DNA from: Thermoanaerobaculia bacterium
Lineage (GTDB): Bacteria > Acidobacteriota > Thermoanaerobaculia > Multivoradales > Multivoraceae
NCBI GenBank assembly: GCA_963664405.1
Contig: OY761158.1
Location: forward strand, 4,800,001-4,864,000
DNA length: 64,000 nucleotides
Direction: 5' to 3'
Numbering within the stretch: position 1 is the stretch's first letter; each line of letters starts with the position of its first letter. This document shows, in pieces, positions 10,432 to 19,588 of the stretch. Under the pieces are notes generated by a model, which saw only the letters and a list, made by a program, of their open reading frames with translations, ran no database searches and was not told the origin of the DNA. The position numbers and the translations under genes were made by a program.

Positions 10432-10562
10432 GAATGTGTAGTGTATACTACATACTATACACAATCAAGCCTATGCCGCTCTTCCAGATCACGATTCGGC
10501 AGCTCACGGGCGGTGCAGACAGGAGCTTGAAGGGATCGTTGGGGGAACGCGGAGCGACCCCC

Positions 10563-11228
10563 CTAGATCTCCCCGCTCAACGACCGGACATGCTGTACAA
10601 GCTCAGACTGAGAGCTGACTCCCAGCTTCGAAAACAGTGACCGCAGATGGCTCCTGACAGTGCTAGGTGAGATGTGTAGGTCATTCGCAATCGCCCCAAC
10701 CCGAGCACCCGCGAGAAGCTCCGAGAGCACGTCTTTCTCTCTCGGCGACAAGTCAGCAAGGCCAGGGTGGTTGAGTAAGTGCCGAGTAGCACCACCCGAC
10801 GAGCGGGCCAGTAGCTCGAGCTCGAGGGCGATGTAGTGCAGCCTCTCGGCGAGCTCGGCCGGCCCGGCGCCGAGCTGTCGGGCGCTCCAGATGCGCTCGA
10901 GTGTCACGTGCAGGCCCTCGACAAACTCCACCGAGCCGTCTTCGCGGAGCTCCCGGCGATTGAAGATGTCGAGGAGGGGCACCGTGGCGCCGTCTTTCCT
11001 GAGCCCCATCGTCATGATGAGCCTCTGGTTGCCCTCGTTGTAGCCGTCTATGTGCTCGCTGAGCAGGGGCACCAACTCGGCCGCCATGAATTCCGAGACG
11101 TGATGCCCCACCATCTCGTCTCTGCTGTAGTCGAGGATCGACAACTCGGCGTCGTTGACCTCCAGAACCACCCCGTCCCCGGTTCTGCGGTACCAGCCGA
11201 CGTTCAGAAGGTTCCAGTGATCATCCAT
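10563..11228 (-). CDS. PAS + LuxR HTH transcriptional regulator
   Basis: PAS-like N-terminus (DGVVLEVNDAELSILDYSRDEMVG). LuxR HTH LSPREKDVL...IANDLHISPSTVRSHLRSLFSKLGVSSQSEL. Confidence 0.85.
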   Translation of the reverse strand: MDDHWNLLNVGWYRRTGDGVVLEVNDAELSILDYSRDEMVGHHVSEFMAAELVPLLSEHIDGYNEGNQRLIMTMGLRKDGATVPLLDIFNRRELREDGSVEFVEGLHVTLERIWSARQLGAGPAELAERLHYIALELELLARSSGGATRHLLNHPGLADLSPREKDVLSELLAGARVGAIANDLHISPSTVRSHLRSLFSKLGVSSQSELVQHVRSLSGEI

Positions 11229-11763
11229 TTCAGACTAGGTATTTGGTTAGTTATCGACGTTTCGCCCCATTGCTATTTCGGGTAAGGTCCTTTACAGACA
11301 AGCACTTCAGCCCGCATCGAGGATAGCACTCGAGGCATGTCTCTAATGTGGTGGTGGGTGGCAGGGGAGGTTCTGGCGGCCCATGATTCCACCCGACGTA
11401 CCCCCTGCCATCGGGGCGCTACGGCTGCTCGACAAGACTGGCAAGTGCGGGGTTAAGGCCACTTGGACAGCACTCCCGCAAGGGGATTAGCCGCCTTGGA
11501 CGTGGAGCTCTGATTCTCTCTGCTAACGTGGTCCGAATCCATCCAGCTTCAGGGCCTTGCAGCCTTCAAGGCAGGAGAGAATCGCCCAGTCTGAGGTCGG
11601 TGCAAAAGACATGAGCCTAGGTCGACACTGGGACCGAGCCGAGAATGCTCGGCGCGTGGCTACTGGATCCTGGGGCCAGAGGTCGACCTGACCCGGCATG
11701 GCCATCGAACGGCCCGCTTCCCACCTCCCAAGAGCACCTGTAACTGAAGAGTCTAGTAGAGCT

Positions 11764-14715
11764 ATGACCCACCCCATCCACCGGCGCTACTACGCGGAGG
11801 ACCTTGTCCGCCGCCGCCGCGCCGGTGAGGCCCGGCGGTATGCCTCGTCGCAGCGTCAAGGCCGGATCGATGCAAACCCCCACCAGATCGACGCTGTCAT
11901 GTTCGCGCTGGGTCGGATTCCTGACGGCGGGTGCATCCTTGCCGATGAGGTCGGTCTCGGAAAGACCATCGAAGCAGGGCTCGTGATGGCGCAGATGTTG
12001 TCGGAAGGGGCCGAGAGGATTCTCCTAGTGCTTCCTCGCGCCCTGCTCGGCCAGTGGCAGGATGAGCTCTACACGTTGTTTGGCATGACGGCGATCGAGG
12101 CCGACGCCAACGACGCAGACCTCAACGCACCGGGAGTTTTTCTCGCGGGACGCGAATGGGCAGGAACTGAGAGGGGCTCGAGCAAGCTCACCAGTGGGCC
12201 CCCATTTGACCTCGTGATCATCGATGAGGCCCACGAGGTTTTCGCGGGCATCTACCGGCGCTTCGATCGGCATGGGGCGTATCGAGCCGACAGCCCGTAT
12301 GCGATGACCGCCCACCGCGTCCAGCTCCTCATCGGGCCCTCCCCTGTGCTCCTTCTCACCGCGACCCCCATGCAGAACTCGCTCAACGAGCTGTGGGGCC
12401 TGGTGCAATACATCGACCGCACCAACACCCTGCTCGGGCACCAGCCCACCTTCAAGGCGCTCTTCTGCGAAGACCCAAGCGGCCGGCGCATCGTGCCGGA
12501 GCAGTCTCTCGAGCTTCAACGCCGGCTCGGCTCCGTGGTGCAGCGAACCCTCCGCCGCCAGGCGCAGGAATTTCTCGACAAGCCCTTCGTCCATCGACAG
12601 ACCAAGCTCTTCGAGTACACCATGACCCCAGAAGAGCGTGCGCTCTACGACGACGTCACCGCCTACCTGCTCGAGCCGACTCTGTTCGCGTTCCGCGGCC
12701 GCTCGCGGCAGCTCCTCCTCATCGGTTTCCATCGCCGCATGGCCTCGTCGACGGCGGCCCTCGCACAGAGCCTCGAACAAGTCGCCAAGCGTCTGCGTGG
12801 GATTCTCAAAGGAGTCGCGGAGGCCGATCTGCCCGACATCCGTTTCGAATTCCTTGCCGACCTCGAAGACGAGCTCGACGTCCCCGAGTCTGAGGACGTC
12901 GAAGTCGAGCCCCAGCCCGAAGGCGTGAGAGCCGAGCTGGCGCGTGTCGAGGACTTCGTGCGCCGAGCCCAGGACCTTCCCCACGACAGCAAGGCGGAAA
13001 GCCTCGTCCAGGCAGTCCGAGCACTCGGCGAACGCGAGGAAGGTAGCGACAAGGTGGTGATCTTCACCGAGTCCCTGGTAACGCAGCAGTTCCTCCGCAC
13101 TCTGCTGATCGACAAAGCTGGGCTCAGCGACGAGGACATCACTCTCTTCAGCGGCACCAACGAGACTCCTCGTGCTCGCGAAGCTCTCGAGCAATGGCAA
13201 GAGGATGTGGGCAAGAACCTCGCTCCTCATGCTAAGCCCAGCAAGAAGGTCGCGATTCGCCTGGCGCTCGTCCACGACTTCAAGACCCGCTCCCGCGTCC
13301 TCATCTCGACCGAAGCGGGCGCGAAGGGTCTCAACCTGCAGTTCTGCGACACTATCGTCAACTACGACCTGCCCTGGAACCCCCAGCGCATCGAGCAGCG
13401 CATCGGCCGCTGCCACCGCTACGGCCAGAAGCACGACGTCACCGTCATCAACTTCCTGGCATCGGACAACGAGGCCCAGCGCCTCACTTTCGACATCCTC
13501 AGCCAGAAACTAGAGCTCTTCGGAGCCGTCCTTGGCATGTCCGACGAAGTACTCCACCAGCCCGGAAGCGACGGCAACTCGCAGCTGGGAATGGCGCTCG
13601 GGCCCGACTTCGAAAGTCAGCTCAACAAGATCTGGGATCGCGCGCGCTCCGTCGAGGAGGTCGAAGAAGAGCTGCGCAAGCTGCGCGATTCGATGGACGA
13701 TCGGCGACGCGAGCTGGAAGAAGTTCACGAGCGGACCGTTGGTCTGATCGAGAGCCGGCTCGACGAATCGGTACACCAGGTTTTCCGCCGCATCCGCGAC
13801 GAGCTGCCGGCTACTCTCGCCGAGCTCGACAAGGAGCTCGAGCGGGTCGCGCTCAGCTACCTCGAAGCCGCCGATGCCCCTCACCAGGTTCGCGAAAGCG
13901 GCGAACGGCGCATCATCGAGCTCTGGCGAGATCCTCGGTTGCCCGAACCACTCGCTTCGGGCCTTACCATCGCTGTGGGCGGCTCCAGCGGCCTCGAGGA
14001 TCTCGAGCCTCTTCACACCAGCCACCCCTTGATCGAGGCGGCTCTCGCCGAGGCACGTGAAGCCGGGTCTGGCAACTTCCGGCTGCGCTTCGAGCTCGGC
14101 GAGAATTCCTCGGAGATCCTCCAGCAACGCCGTGGCTCGCGTGGCCGTCTCGCCCTGACCAAGGTGTCCTATGACGGCTTCGAGCGAGAGGATCGCCTCA
14201 TCGCGACGGCGATCTTCGAAGACTCTGACGTCCTCCGCCCGGCAGAAGCCGCCCATGAGTTCCTCCAGCTCCCCTGCACTGAGCTGCCGGCCTCGGTCCC
14301 CGAGTGGTCGCTCACCGCCGAGGAGCTCGACGAAGTCGTTGATGAAGAGGTCTTCCTCGACCAGTCGGCGGCGGCGCAGCGCGACCAGGCGAGCTTCGAG
14401 AAGTCGATCGACCAGCTCGACCAATACATGGAAGATCGCGCCCTCCTGCTACGGCGCAACCGCGCCGACCTCACCGGGCGCATCGAGACCGCTGAAGCCA
14501 AGCGTGACGGCGCGCTCGGCGCCGACGCGCGCAACGACGCAGAAGAGAAGCTCAAGAAGCTCGAGCTCGAGGCGGAGGAGATCGACGCGTCCCTCGATCG
14601 AGTCGCTACTCGCCAAGACCCCGACTACGAGAAATGGAAGAAACACGCCCACACCAGGCGCTATCGATCACCCGAGGCCGAGCGCCTTTTCAGCGTTGAG
14701 TTCGAGCTCGCGTGA
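11764..14715 (+). CDS. SNF2-family (SF2) helicase/translocase
   Basis: NPHQ Q-motif, ILADEVGLGKT, IIDEAH, LLTATPMQN, STEAGAKGLNLQ, NYDLPWNPQRIEQRIGRCHRYGQ, C-terminal coiled coil. Start could also be 11698. Confidence 0.92.
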   Translation: MTHPIHRRYYAEDLVRRRRAGEARRYASSQRQGRIDANPHQIDAVMFALGRIPDGGCILADEVGLGKTIEAGLVMAQMLSEGAERILLVLPRALLGQWQDELYTLFGMTAIEADANDADLNAPGVFLAGREWAGTERGSSKLTSGPPFDLVIIDEAHEVFAGIYRRFDRHGAYRADSPYAMTAHRVQLLIGPSPVLLLTATPMQNSLNELWGLVQYIDRTNTLLGHQPTFKALFCEDPSGRRIVPEQSLELQRRLGSVVQRTLRRQAQEFLDKPFVHRQTKLFEYTMTPEERALYDDVTAYLLEPTLFAFRGRSRQLLLIGFHRRMASSTAALAQSLEQVAKRLRGILKGVAEADLPDIRFEFLADLEDELDVPESEDVEVEPQPEGVRAELARVEDFVRRAQDLPHDSKAESLVQAVRALGEREEGSDKVVIFTESLVTQQFLRTLLIDKAGLSDEDITLFSGTNETPRAREALEQWQEDVGKNLAPHAKPSKKVAIRLALVHDFKTRSRVLISTEAGAKGLNLQFCDTIVNYDLPWNPQRIEQRIGRCHRYGQKHDVTVINFLASDNEAQRLTFDILSQKLELFGAVLGMSDEVLHQPGSDGNSQLGMALGPDFESQLNKIWDRARSVEEVEEELRKLRDSMDDRRRELEEVHERTVGLIESRLDESVHQVFRRIRDELPATLAELDKELERVALSYLEAADAPHQVRESGERRIIELWRDPRLPEPLASGLTIAVGGSSGLEDLEPLHTSHPLIEAALAEAREAGSGNFRLRFELGENSSEILQQRRGSRGRLALTKVSYDGFEREDRLIATAIFEDSDVLRPAEAAHEFLQLPCTELPASVPEWSLTAEELDEVVDEEVFLDQSAAAQRDQASFEKSIDQLDQYMEDRALLLRRNRADLTGRIETAEAKRDGALGADARNDAEEKLKKLELEAEEIDASLDRVATRQDPDYEKWKKHAHTRRYRSPEAERLFSVEFELA

Positions 14716-15869
14716 CCAACCAGGAGACAGAAGACGTGGCTCTCAAGCTTCTCCACACCGCCGACTGGCACCTCGGTCGCCGCTTCCCCATGTTCAACGA
14801 AGACCAAGAGCGGGGGCTGACGCGCGCTCGCCGCGACGTCGTCGGGCGGATTCTCGATCTCGCTGAGAGTCGCGGCGTCGATGCTGTCCTCTGCGCCGGG
14901 GATCTCTTCGACGAGCCTGCACCCGCCGAGGAGTGGTGGAGCGCCGTGCTCGACGAGCTCCGCTCACGCAGTGACTGGACCAGGCCCGCCTTCCTTCTGC
15001 CAGGCAACCACGACCCGCTCCTCCCCAACTCCGTCTATCAGACCGGGCATCCCTTCCGCGAAAGCCTGCCAAGCTACGTGCACGTCATCGATCGAGAGGA
15101 CTACGAATTCCAGATCTCGGACCAAGCCGTTCTCTACTCCACCCCCTGCCGCTCTCATGCGGGCCAGCTAGACCCGACAGCGCGCATTCCCATGCGCGAA
15201 CCCGGCGACGAACGCATCCGCATTGGCTTGGTACACGGCCAAACCTTTGACATGGAAGGGCACCAGACCAACTTCCCCATCGATCCGCAAGCCGCGAAGG
15301 AGCGAGGCCTCGACTATCTCGCCCTCGGCGACACCCACGCCTTCCGCGAGCTCCAGAACGCGGGAGAGCCTCCTGTCGTCTACCCAGGGGCTCCGGAACA
15401 GGCAAAGTTTGGTGAAACGGACACTGGCCACGTAGCAGTTGTCTTCTTCCCACTCGATCGGGGCCGCTTCGCATTAGTCGAGAAGCAGGCCGTTGGCGCC
15501 TGGCAGTGGCGTGAGCAAACTTGCTCATCCATTGAGGAGCTCCGCTCCCTGCGTAACGACGACACTCTCAGAAAGTGTGTTCTGCGACTCCAGGTCAACA
15601 TGACCGCTCCGCTGAAGGAGTACGACGAGGCCGAGCGAATCCTAAGAGAGTTGGAGGGCTCCCTCTCGGCACATCCTCGGGTCGGTGTCCTCGAGGTCGA
15701 TCGGAAGAGTCTCCGACTCGAGAGCCCGAGCATCGACGACTTCCCCGAGCTCCCTCCGGTCCTCCAGTCCGTCGTTGAGCGTTTGAACGCTCGTGCCGGC
15801 CAAGAGCCCGAGAAAGCCGAGCGTGCTCTTCACTACCTATATGAGCTGGTGAAAGGGAGTAGCGCCTGA
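14712..15869 (+). CDS. Mre11/SbcD-like (YhaO-type) metallophosphoesterase nuclease
   Basis: LLHTADWHLG, AGDLFD, LPGNHDP, GLVHG, DYLALGDTH, YPGAPE. GTGA overlap with the SNF2 stop. Confidence 0.9.
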   Translation: MTNQETEDVALKLLHTADWHLGRRFPMFNEDQERGLTRARRDVVGRILDLAESRGVDAVLCAGDLFDEPAPAEEWWSAVLDELRSRSDWTRPAFLLPGNHDPLLPNSVYQTGHPFRESLPSYVHVIDREDYEFQISDQAVLYSTPCRSHAGQLDPTARIPMREPGDERIRIGLVHGQTFDMEGHQTNFPIDPQAAKERGLDYLALGDTHAFRELQNAGEPPVVYPGAPEQAKFGETDTGHVAVVFFPLDRGRFALVEKQAVGAWQWREQTCSSIEELRSLRNDDTLRKCVLRLQVNMTAPLKEYDEAERILRELEGSLSAHPRVGVLEVDRKSLRLESPSIDDFPELPPVLQSVVERLNARAGQEPEKAERALHYLYELVKGSSA

Positions 15870-18800
15870 TGTGGCTTCGGAAGCTCCATGTGCGCTCTTT
15901 CGCCGGCATCAAGGAGGCAGAAGTCAACCTCGAACCAAACCTCAACGTTCTCTACGGGCCCAACGAGCTCGGCAAGTCGACTCTCCTGCAGGCGATCCGA
16001 GCGGCCCTGCTTCTGCCCCACAGCTCCGCCAGGCACCGACCCTTCATCGATTGGCATGACGACCGGCCGCCCAGAGTCACCCTTACTTTCGAGACGGAGG
16101 AGCAGCGCATCTGGAGGGTGCAAAAGAGCTTTGGAGCCGGCGCCGACGGCTCGAGCCTCCTCGAGTTCTCGCGCGACGGCCTGAGCTTTAGTCTCGACTG
16201 CAAAGGCCGCGAAGTCGATGGCAAGCTCCGCGAGTTGCTCAGTTGGGGCGCCGGCTCCCCCGGCGGCAGCAAGGCACGAGCCGCAGGCTGGCCCGACACC
16301 TTTCTCAGTACCGCTCTGCTTGGATCACAGGATGAAGTTTCTGCGATTCTCGACAAGGGGCTGGAAGGCGACCTCGACGAATCGGGCAAAGACCTCATCG
16401 CGCGCTCTCTCCAAGCAATCGCGGAAAGCCCCGTGTTCAGAAGCGTTCTCGAGAGAGCTCAGGAGAAAGTTGAGAGGGCCTACACGGCCACAGGGAAAAA
16501 GAGCAGAGCGAAGGGCTCGCCCTGGATGGGAAGCCAGGAGCGCATCAGGCTCCGCCAGGAGTCTCTGGAGAGTATTCAGCGCCTTGCCGACAACAGCAGC
16601 GCGGCGAAGCTCGAGATGGAGAAACTGCAAGAGCTGCTTCAACAAGCGGAGCTGGAGCAGAGCGAGGCTGCTGGCGGGCTCCAGGAGATAGAAACCGCTC
16701 ATTCACAACAGGAGGCTTGGGTCGCCGCGTCCCGACTCCTCGCCGCGGCGACCGAAGAACGCGATCGCATCCTCGGTCTTCACAAGGCAGTCGAGACGAC
16801 CCAGGCTGAGATCGATCAGGCAAAGAGCGAATTCTCCATCGCCGAGGAAACAAAGAAGGGTGCCGAAGCGGACCTCCTCGCCGCACAAACGGAACACCAG
16901 CAGGCTAGGCAAAGAATCCTCGATCTCGAGAGTGACGATGTTGAGCAGAAGCGCAAGATTCGCAGGCAAGAGATCGAAAAGAGCGTCCTCGAGCTGGAAG
17001 GTAGGCAGAAAGACGCCCAGCGCGAGGTGGAGCTCGCGAAAGACGCCCTAGCTAAGGAGCGCGAAGTCAGTGAGCTGGGAAGCCGCATCTCAAGCTTAGA
17101 GAAGCAACTGTCTGAAGCCCGATCCCTCGTTGAAACCGCGCGAACGGAAATCAAGAAGGAGAGGCAAGAGCTCAGCGAGATGACGCTCTACGAGAAGCTC
17201 CGCGCCTACCAATCGTCTAGCCAAGCCCTCACGAGCGCCAACAAGGCCAGAGACAACGCAGCAGAGCTCCGCACCCAAGCTGGGGCCATGAAAGACAAGG
17301 CTCGTACCTTCCGCAGCGAGGTGGCAGCCCTCGGTCTGCCAACCGATGACGCCCTCCGCGAGTTGGCAGCGTTAGAACGGGAGCTCGAAATCGCAGAGGC
17401 GAAGGTTCAGATCGAGCTCTCTCTTCTCATTCGCCCTCTTCGTGAAATCGAGATCAGTATCGACACCGGCGATCGCCCCACAGAAACCCGTAAGATCAGC
17501 AGCCCGGAGACGTTCGAAGCCCAAGGTGTTCTCCGTGCTCAGATCGGCGACGCGGCAGATATCGAAGTATCCGGCGGCAACGCCGATCAGCGCCAGGAGG
17601 CAGCCGACGCTAGACTACGATGGGAGAGGACCTCAGCACCCCTTTTCGAGAAGTTCGGAGTCTCGACCCGGGTAGATCTCGAGAGTAGCTGCCGCTCGGA
17701 GAGCGAGAAACTAGTCGAGGTCGAGCGGATCGAAGGAGAGGCCGCAAACCTGGAGGCAAGAGCCGAAGGGCTCGGGCATGCCGGAAGCCAACTGGAAGAG
17801 CTGGAGGCCAAGGCGGAGACCTCCAAGCGATCCTTGGAGCTCGCCCTTCCAGAGGGGATTGCTCTCGAAGAGCTCGAATCGCGCTTCGAGGGAGTCGAGC
17901 AGGGCGAGCTTGATCGACAAGAGCTGGAAGACCGAATCGCTACCAAGGAAGAGCAGGCGCAGATCCTAGAAACGAAGATAGCGGTGGACGAGGGACAGCT
18001 CGAATCCCAGAAGGAGGAGCTCGAAGCTCAGAAGCGTGAGAGCGCCGAAGCCCGCGACAAGTTACCCGACGATCCACAGAAGGTGTTCGAGCGAGCGACG
18101 TACTTACTCGGGGAGTACGAGAAAAACCTCCAGGCGGACTCCGCCGAGCTCGAGGTCCTCGATGGCTTCGCCGAGACTGAGACGGCCGAGGCACGCGTGG
18201 CGCAGGACTCTGCTTCCAAAGCCGTTGAGACTGCTAACGAATGTGCGCGATCGGCAGACAGCGCCAGAAATGCGGCCAAGCAACGGGTCGACAGCCTGGA
18301 AGGAGAGCTCCGCGCTCGTGAGGCAGCCGCGGAAGTGGAGGACATGACCGCCTCACTAGCACTCGTCGAGGATAGAGAGAAGGCGCTCGCCGACCTGCCA
18401 GAATCTACGTCCCAGGTCGACGAGGAACAGCTCACCTACGCCAGATCAGAGGTTGAGCTTGCAAAGAAGGAGCTCGACAGGTTGCGGCAAGAATTCAGCA
18501 AGCAAGAGGGCGCTCTCGAGCAGGTGGGGGGCCAGTACGTCGACGAGAAGACGTCGGAAGCCGAGGAAGCTCTCATCGCCGCCACGAGAGAAGAGCAGGA
18601 CGTCGAGCTCGAGTACGCCTCCTGGCAACTACTGCTCGAAACGCTCAAAGAGGCAGAAAGCGAAGACGCCGTCCATCTCGGTAACTCCCTTGTCGTCCCC
18701 ATCAGCGAGAACATGAAAGAGCTCACCCGCGGGCGCTACGACAAAGTCTCGCTCGGCCCCAAACTCTCCGGCACGTCGGTCTCGCTCGACGGCTCGGATC

Positions 18801-19102
18801 GAGAGCTCGATCTCCTCTCGATCGGCACTCGCGATCAGCTCGCCACCCTCATCCGCCTCGCCGTTGCCCAAGCGGTAAAGAGTGCCCTCGTACTAGATGA
18901 CCAGCTCGTCCAAAGCGACCCCAAGCGTATGGAGTGGCTGACTGAGCTCATGTACAAGTGCGCCGATGACTTCCAGGTAGTCGTGTTCACCTGCCGGCCG
19001 GAAGAGTACGAGCTACCGAACCAGACAGCGAGAGCCAACTGGGTGAACCTCGAGAAAGTCGTGGAAAGAACGCAGCCCTTGCAACTCGAGACATCCGAGT
19101 AG
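15869..19102 (+). CDS. Rad50/SbcC/YhaN-like SMC-type ABC ATPase
   Basis: Walker A GPNELGKST, long coiled coil, signature LSIGTRDQL, Walker B/D-loop LVLDDQLVQSD, QVVVFTC. TGATG overlap with the upstream gene. Confidence 0.9.
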   Translation: MWLRKLHVRSFAGIKEAEVNLEPNLNVLYGPNELGKSTLLQAIRAALLLPHSSARHRPFIDWHDDRPPRVTLTFETEEQRIWRVQKSFGAGADGSSLLEFSRDGLSFSLDCKGREVDGKLRELLSWGAGSPGGSKARAAGWPDTFLSTALLGSQDEVSAILDKGLEGDLDESGKDLIARSLQAIAESPVFRSVLERAQEKVERAYTATGKKSRAKGSPWMGSQERIRLRQESLESIQRLADNSSAAKLEMEKLQELLQQAELEQSEAAGGLQEIETAHSQQEAWVAASRLLAAATEERDRILGLHKAVETTQAEIDQAKSEFSIAEETKKGAEADLLAAQTEHQQARQRILDLESDDVEQKRKIRRQEIEKSVLELEGRQKDAQREVELAKDALAKEREVSELGSRISSLEKQLSEARSLVETARTEIKKERQELSEMTLYEKLRAYQSSSQALTSANKARDNAAELRTQAGAMKDKARTFRSEVAALGLPTDDALRELAALERELEIAEAKVQIELSLLIRPLREIEISIDTGDRPTETRKISSPETFEAQGVLRAQIGDAADIEVSGGNADQRQEAADARLRWERTSAPLFEKFGVSTRVDLESSCRSESEKLVEVERIEGEAANLEARAEGLGHAGSQLEELEAKAETSKRSLELALPEGIALEELESRFEGVEQGELDRQELEDRIATKEEQAQILETKIAVDEGQLESQKEELEAQKRESAEARDKLPDDPQKVFERATYLLGEYEKNLQADSAELEVLDGFAETETAEARVAQDSASKAVETANECARSADSARNAAKQRVDSLEGELRAREAAAEVEDMTASLALVEDREKALADLPESTSQVDEEQLTYARSEVELAKKELDRLRQEFSKQEGALEQVGGQYVDEKTSEAEEALIAATREEQDVELEYASWQLLLETLKEAESEDAVHLGNSLVVPISENMKELTRGRYDKVSLGPKLSGTSVSLDGSDRELDLLSIGTRDQLATLIRLAVAQAVKSALVLDDQLVQSDPKRMEWLTELMYKCADDFQVVVFTCRPEEYELPNQTARANWVNLEKVVERTQPLQLETSE

Positions 19103-19288
19103 ACTCCTAACAGTCCCTGGAACCCAAGTGAGAGTGCCCGATGTATTCAGGCGCTATCCACCGAATGGGCTCAGATCTCGCGTATCTCAGGTCGCCGGTG
19201 CATCCTGAAGGCACTGTCAAGTTGGCCTCGGTCGAGATAAGCTTCGGCTTGTTGAATGTCCGTCGGCTCGGAGTCAGTGGGCACACGT

Positions 19289-19542
19289 CACCTGCGCACG
19301 ACCAATCCAATTGAGTCGACCTTTGCGACCGTCAAGCTGCGCACCAAGAGGACCAAAGGGTGCGGCAGTCGAACCGCTTGCCTCACCATGGTCTTCCAGC
19401 TCGCCAGGTCCGCCGAAAGGCGATGGCGAGCTCTCAATGCAGCCAGCCTCTTACCTGATGTCTTACGAGGAACCGAGTTCGTCGATGGAGTAATACAAGC
19501 CGCCTGACTCGAACCTCAGAGCACAACTTTTGACAGTATCTC
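19289..19542 (+). mobile_element. IS256-family 3' fragment with right end
   Basis: HLRTTNPIESTFATVKLRTKRTKGCGSR...FVDG. End sequence cacaacttttgacagtatctc. Confidence 0.8.
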
Positions 19543-19588
19543 GGTGGGAATTGCACCCACTGAGAATCGCCGGCTTTTCACGGCGCAC
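19543..19588 (-). mobile_element. Probable group II intron 5' stub (46 nt)
   Basis: GTGCGCCGTGAAAAGCCGGCGATTCTCAGTGGGTGCAATTCCCACC interrupts the IS6 frame. Starts with GUGCG and has a GCAA tetraloop hairpin. Confidence 0.65.

Noticed and set aside
12025-14424. 469-aa and 304-aa minus-strand ORFs
   Set aside because: Antisense shadows of the SNF2 gene, common in GC-rich DNA.
14712-19102. Naming the pair sbcD/sbcC or Wadjet
   Set aside because: No zinc hook, YhaN-type FTC motif, and no kleisin, KITE or JetD-like genes, so gene symbols were withheld.
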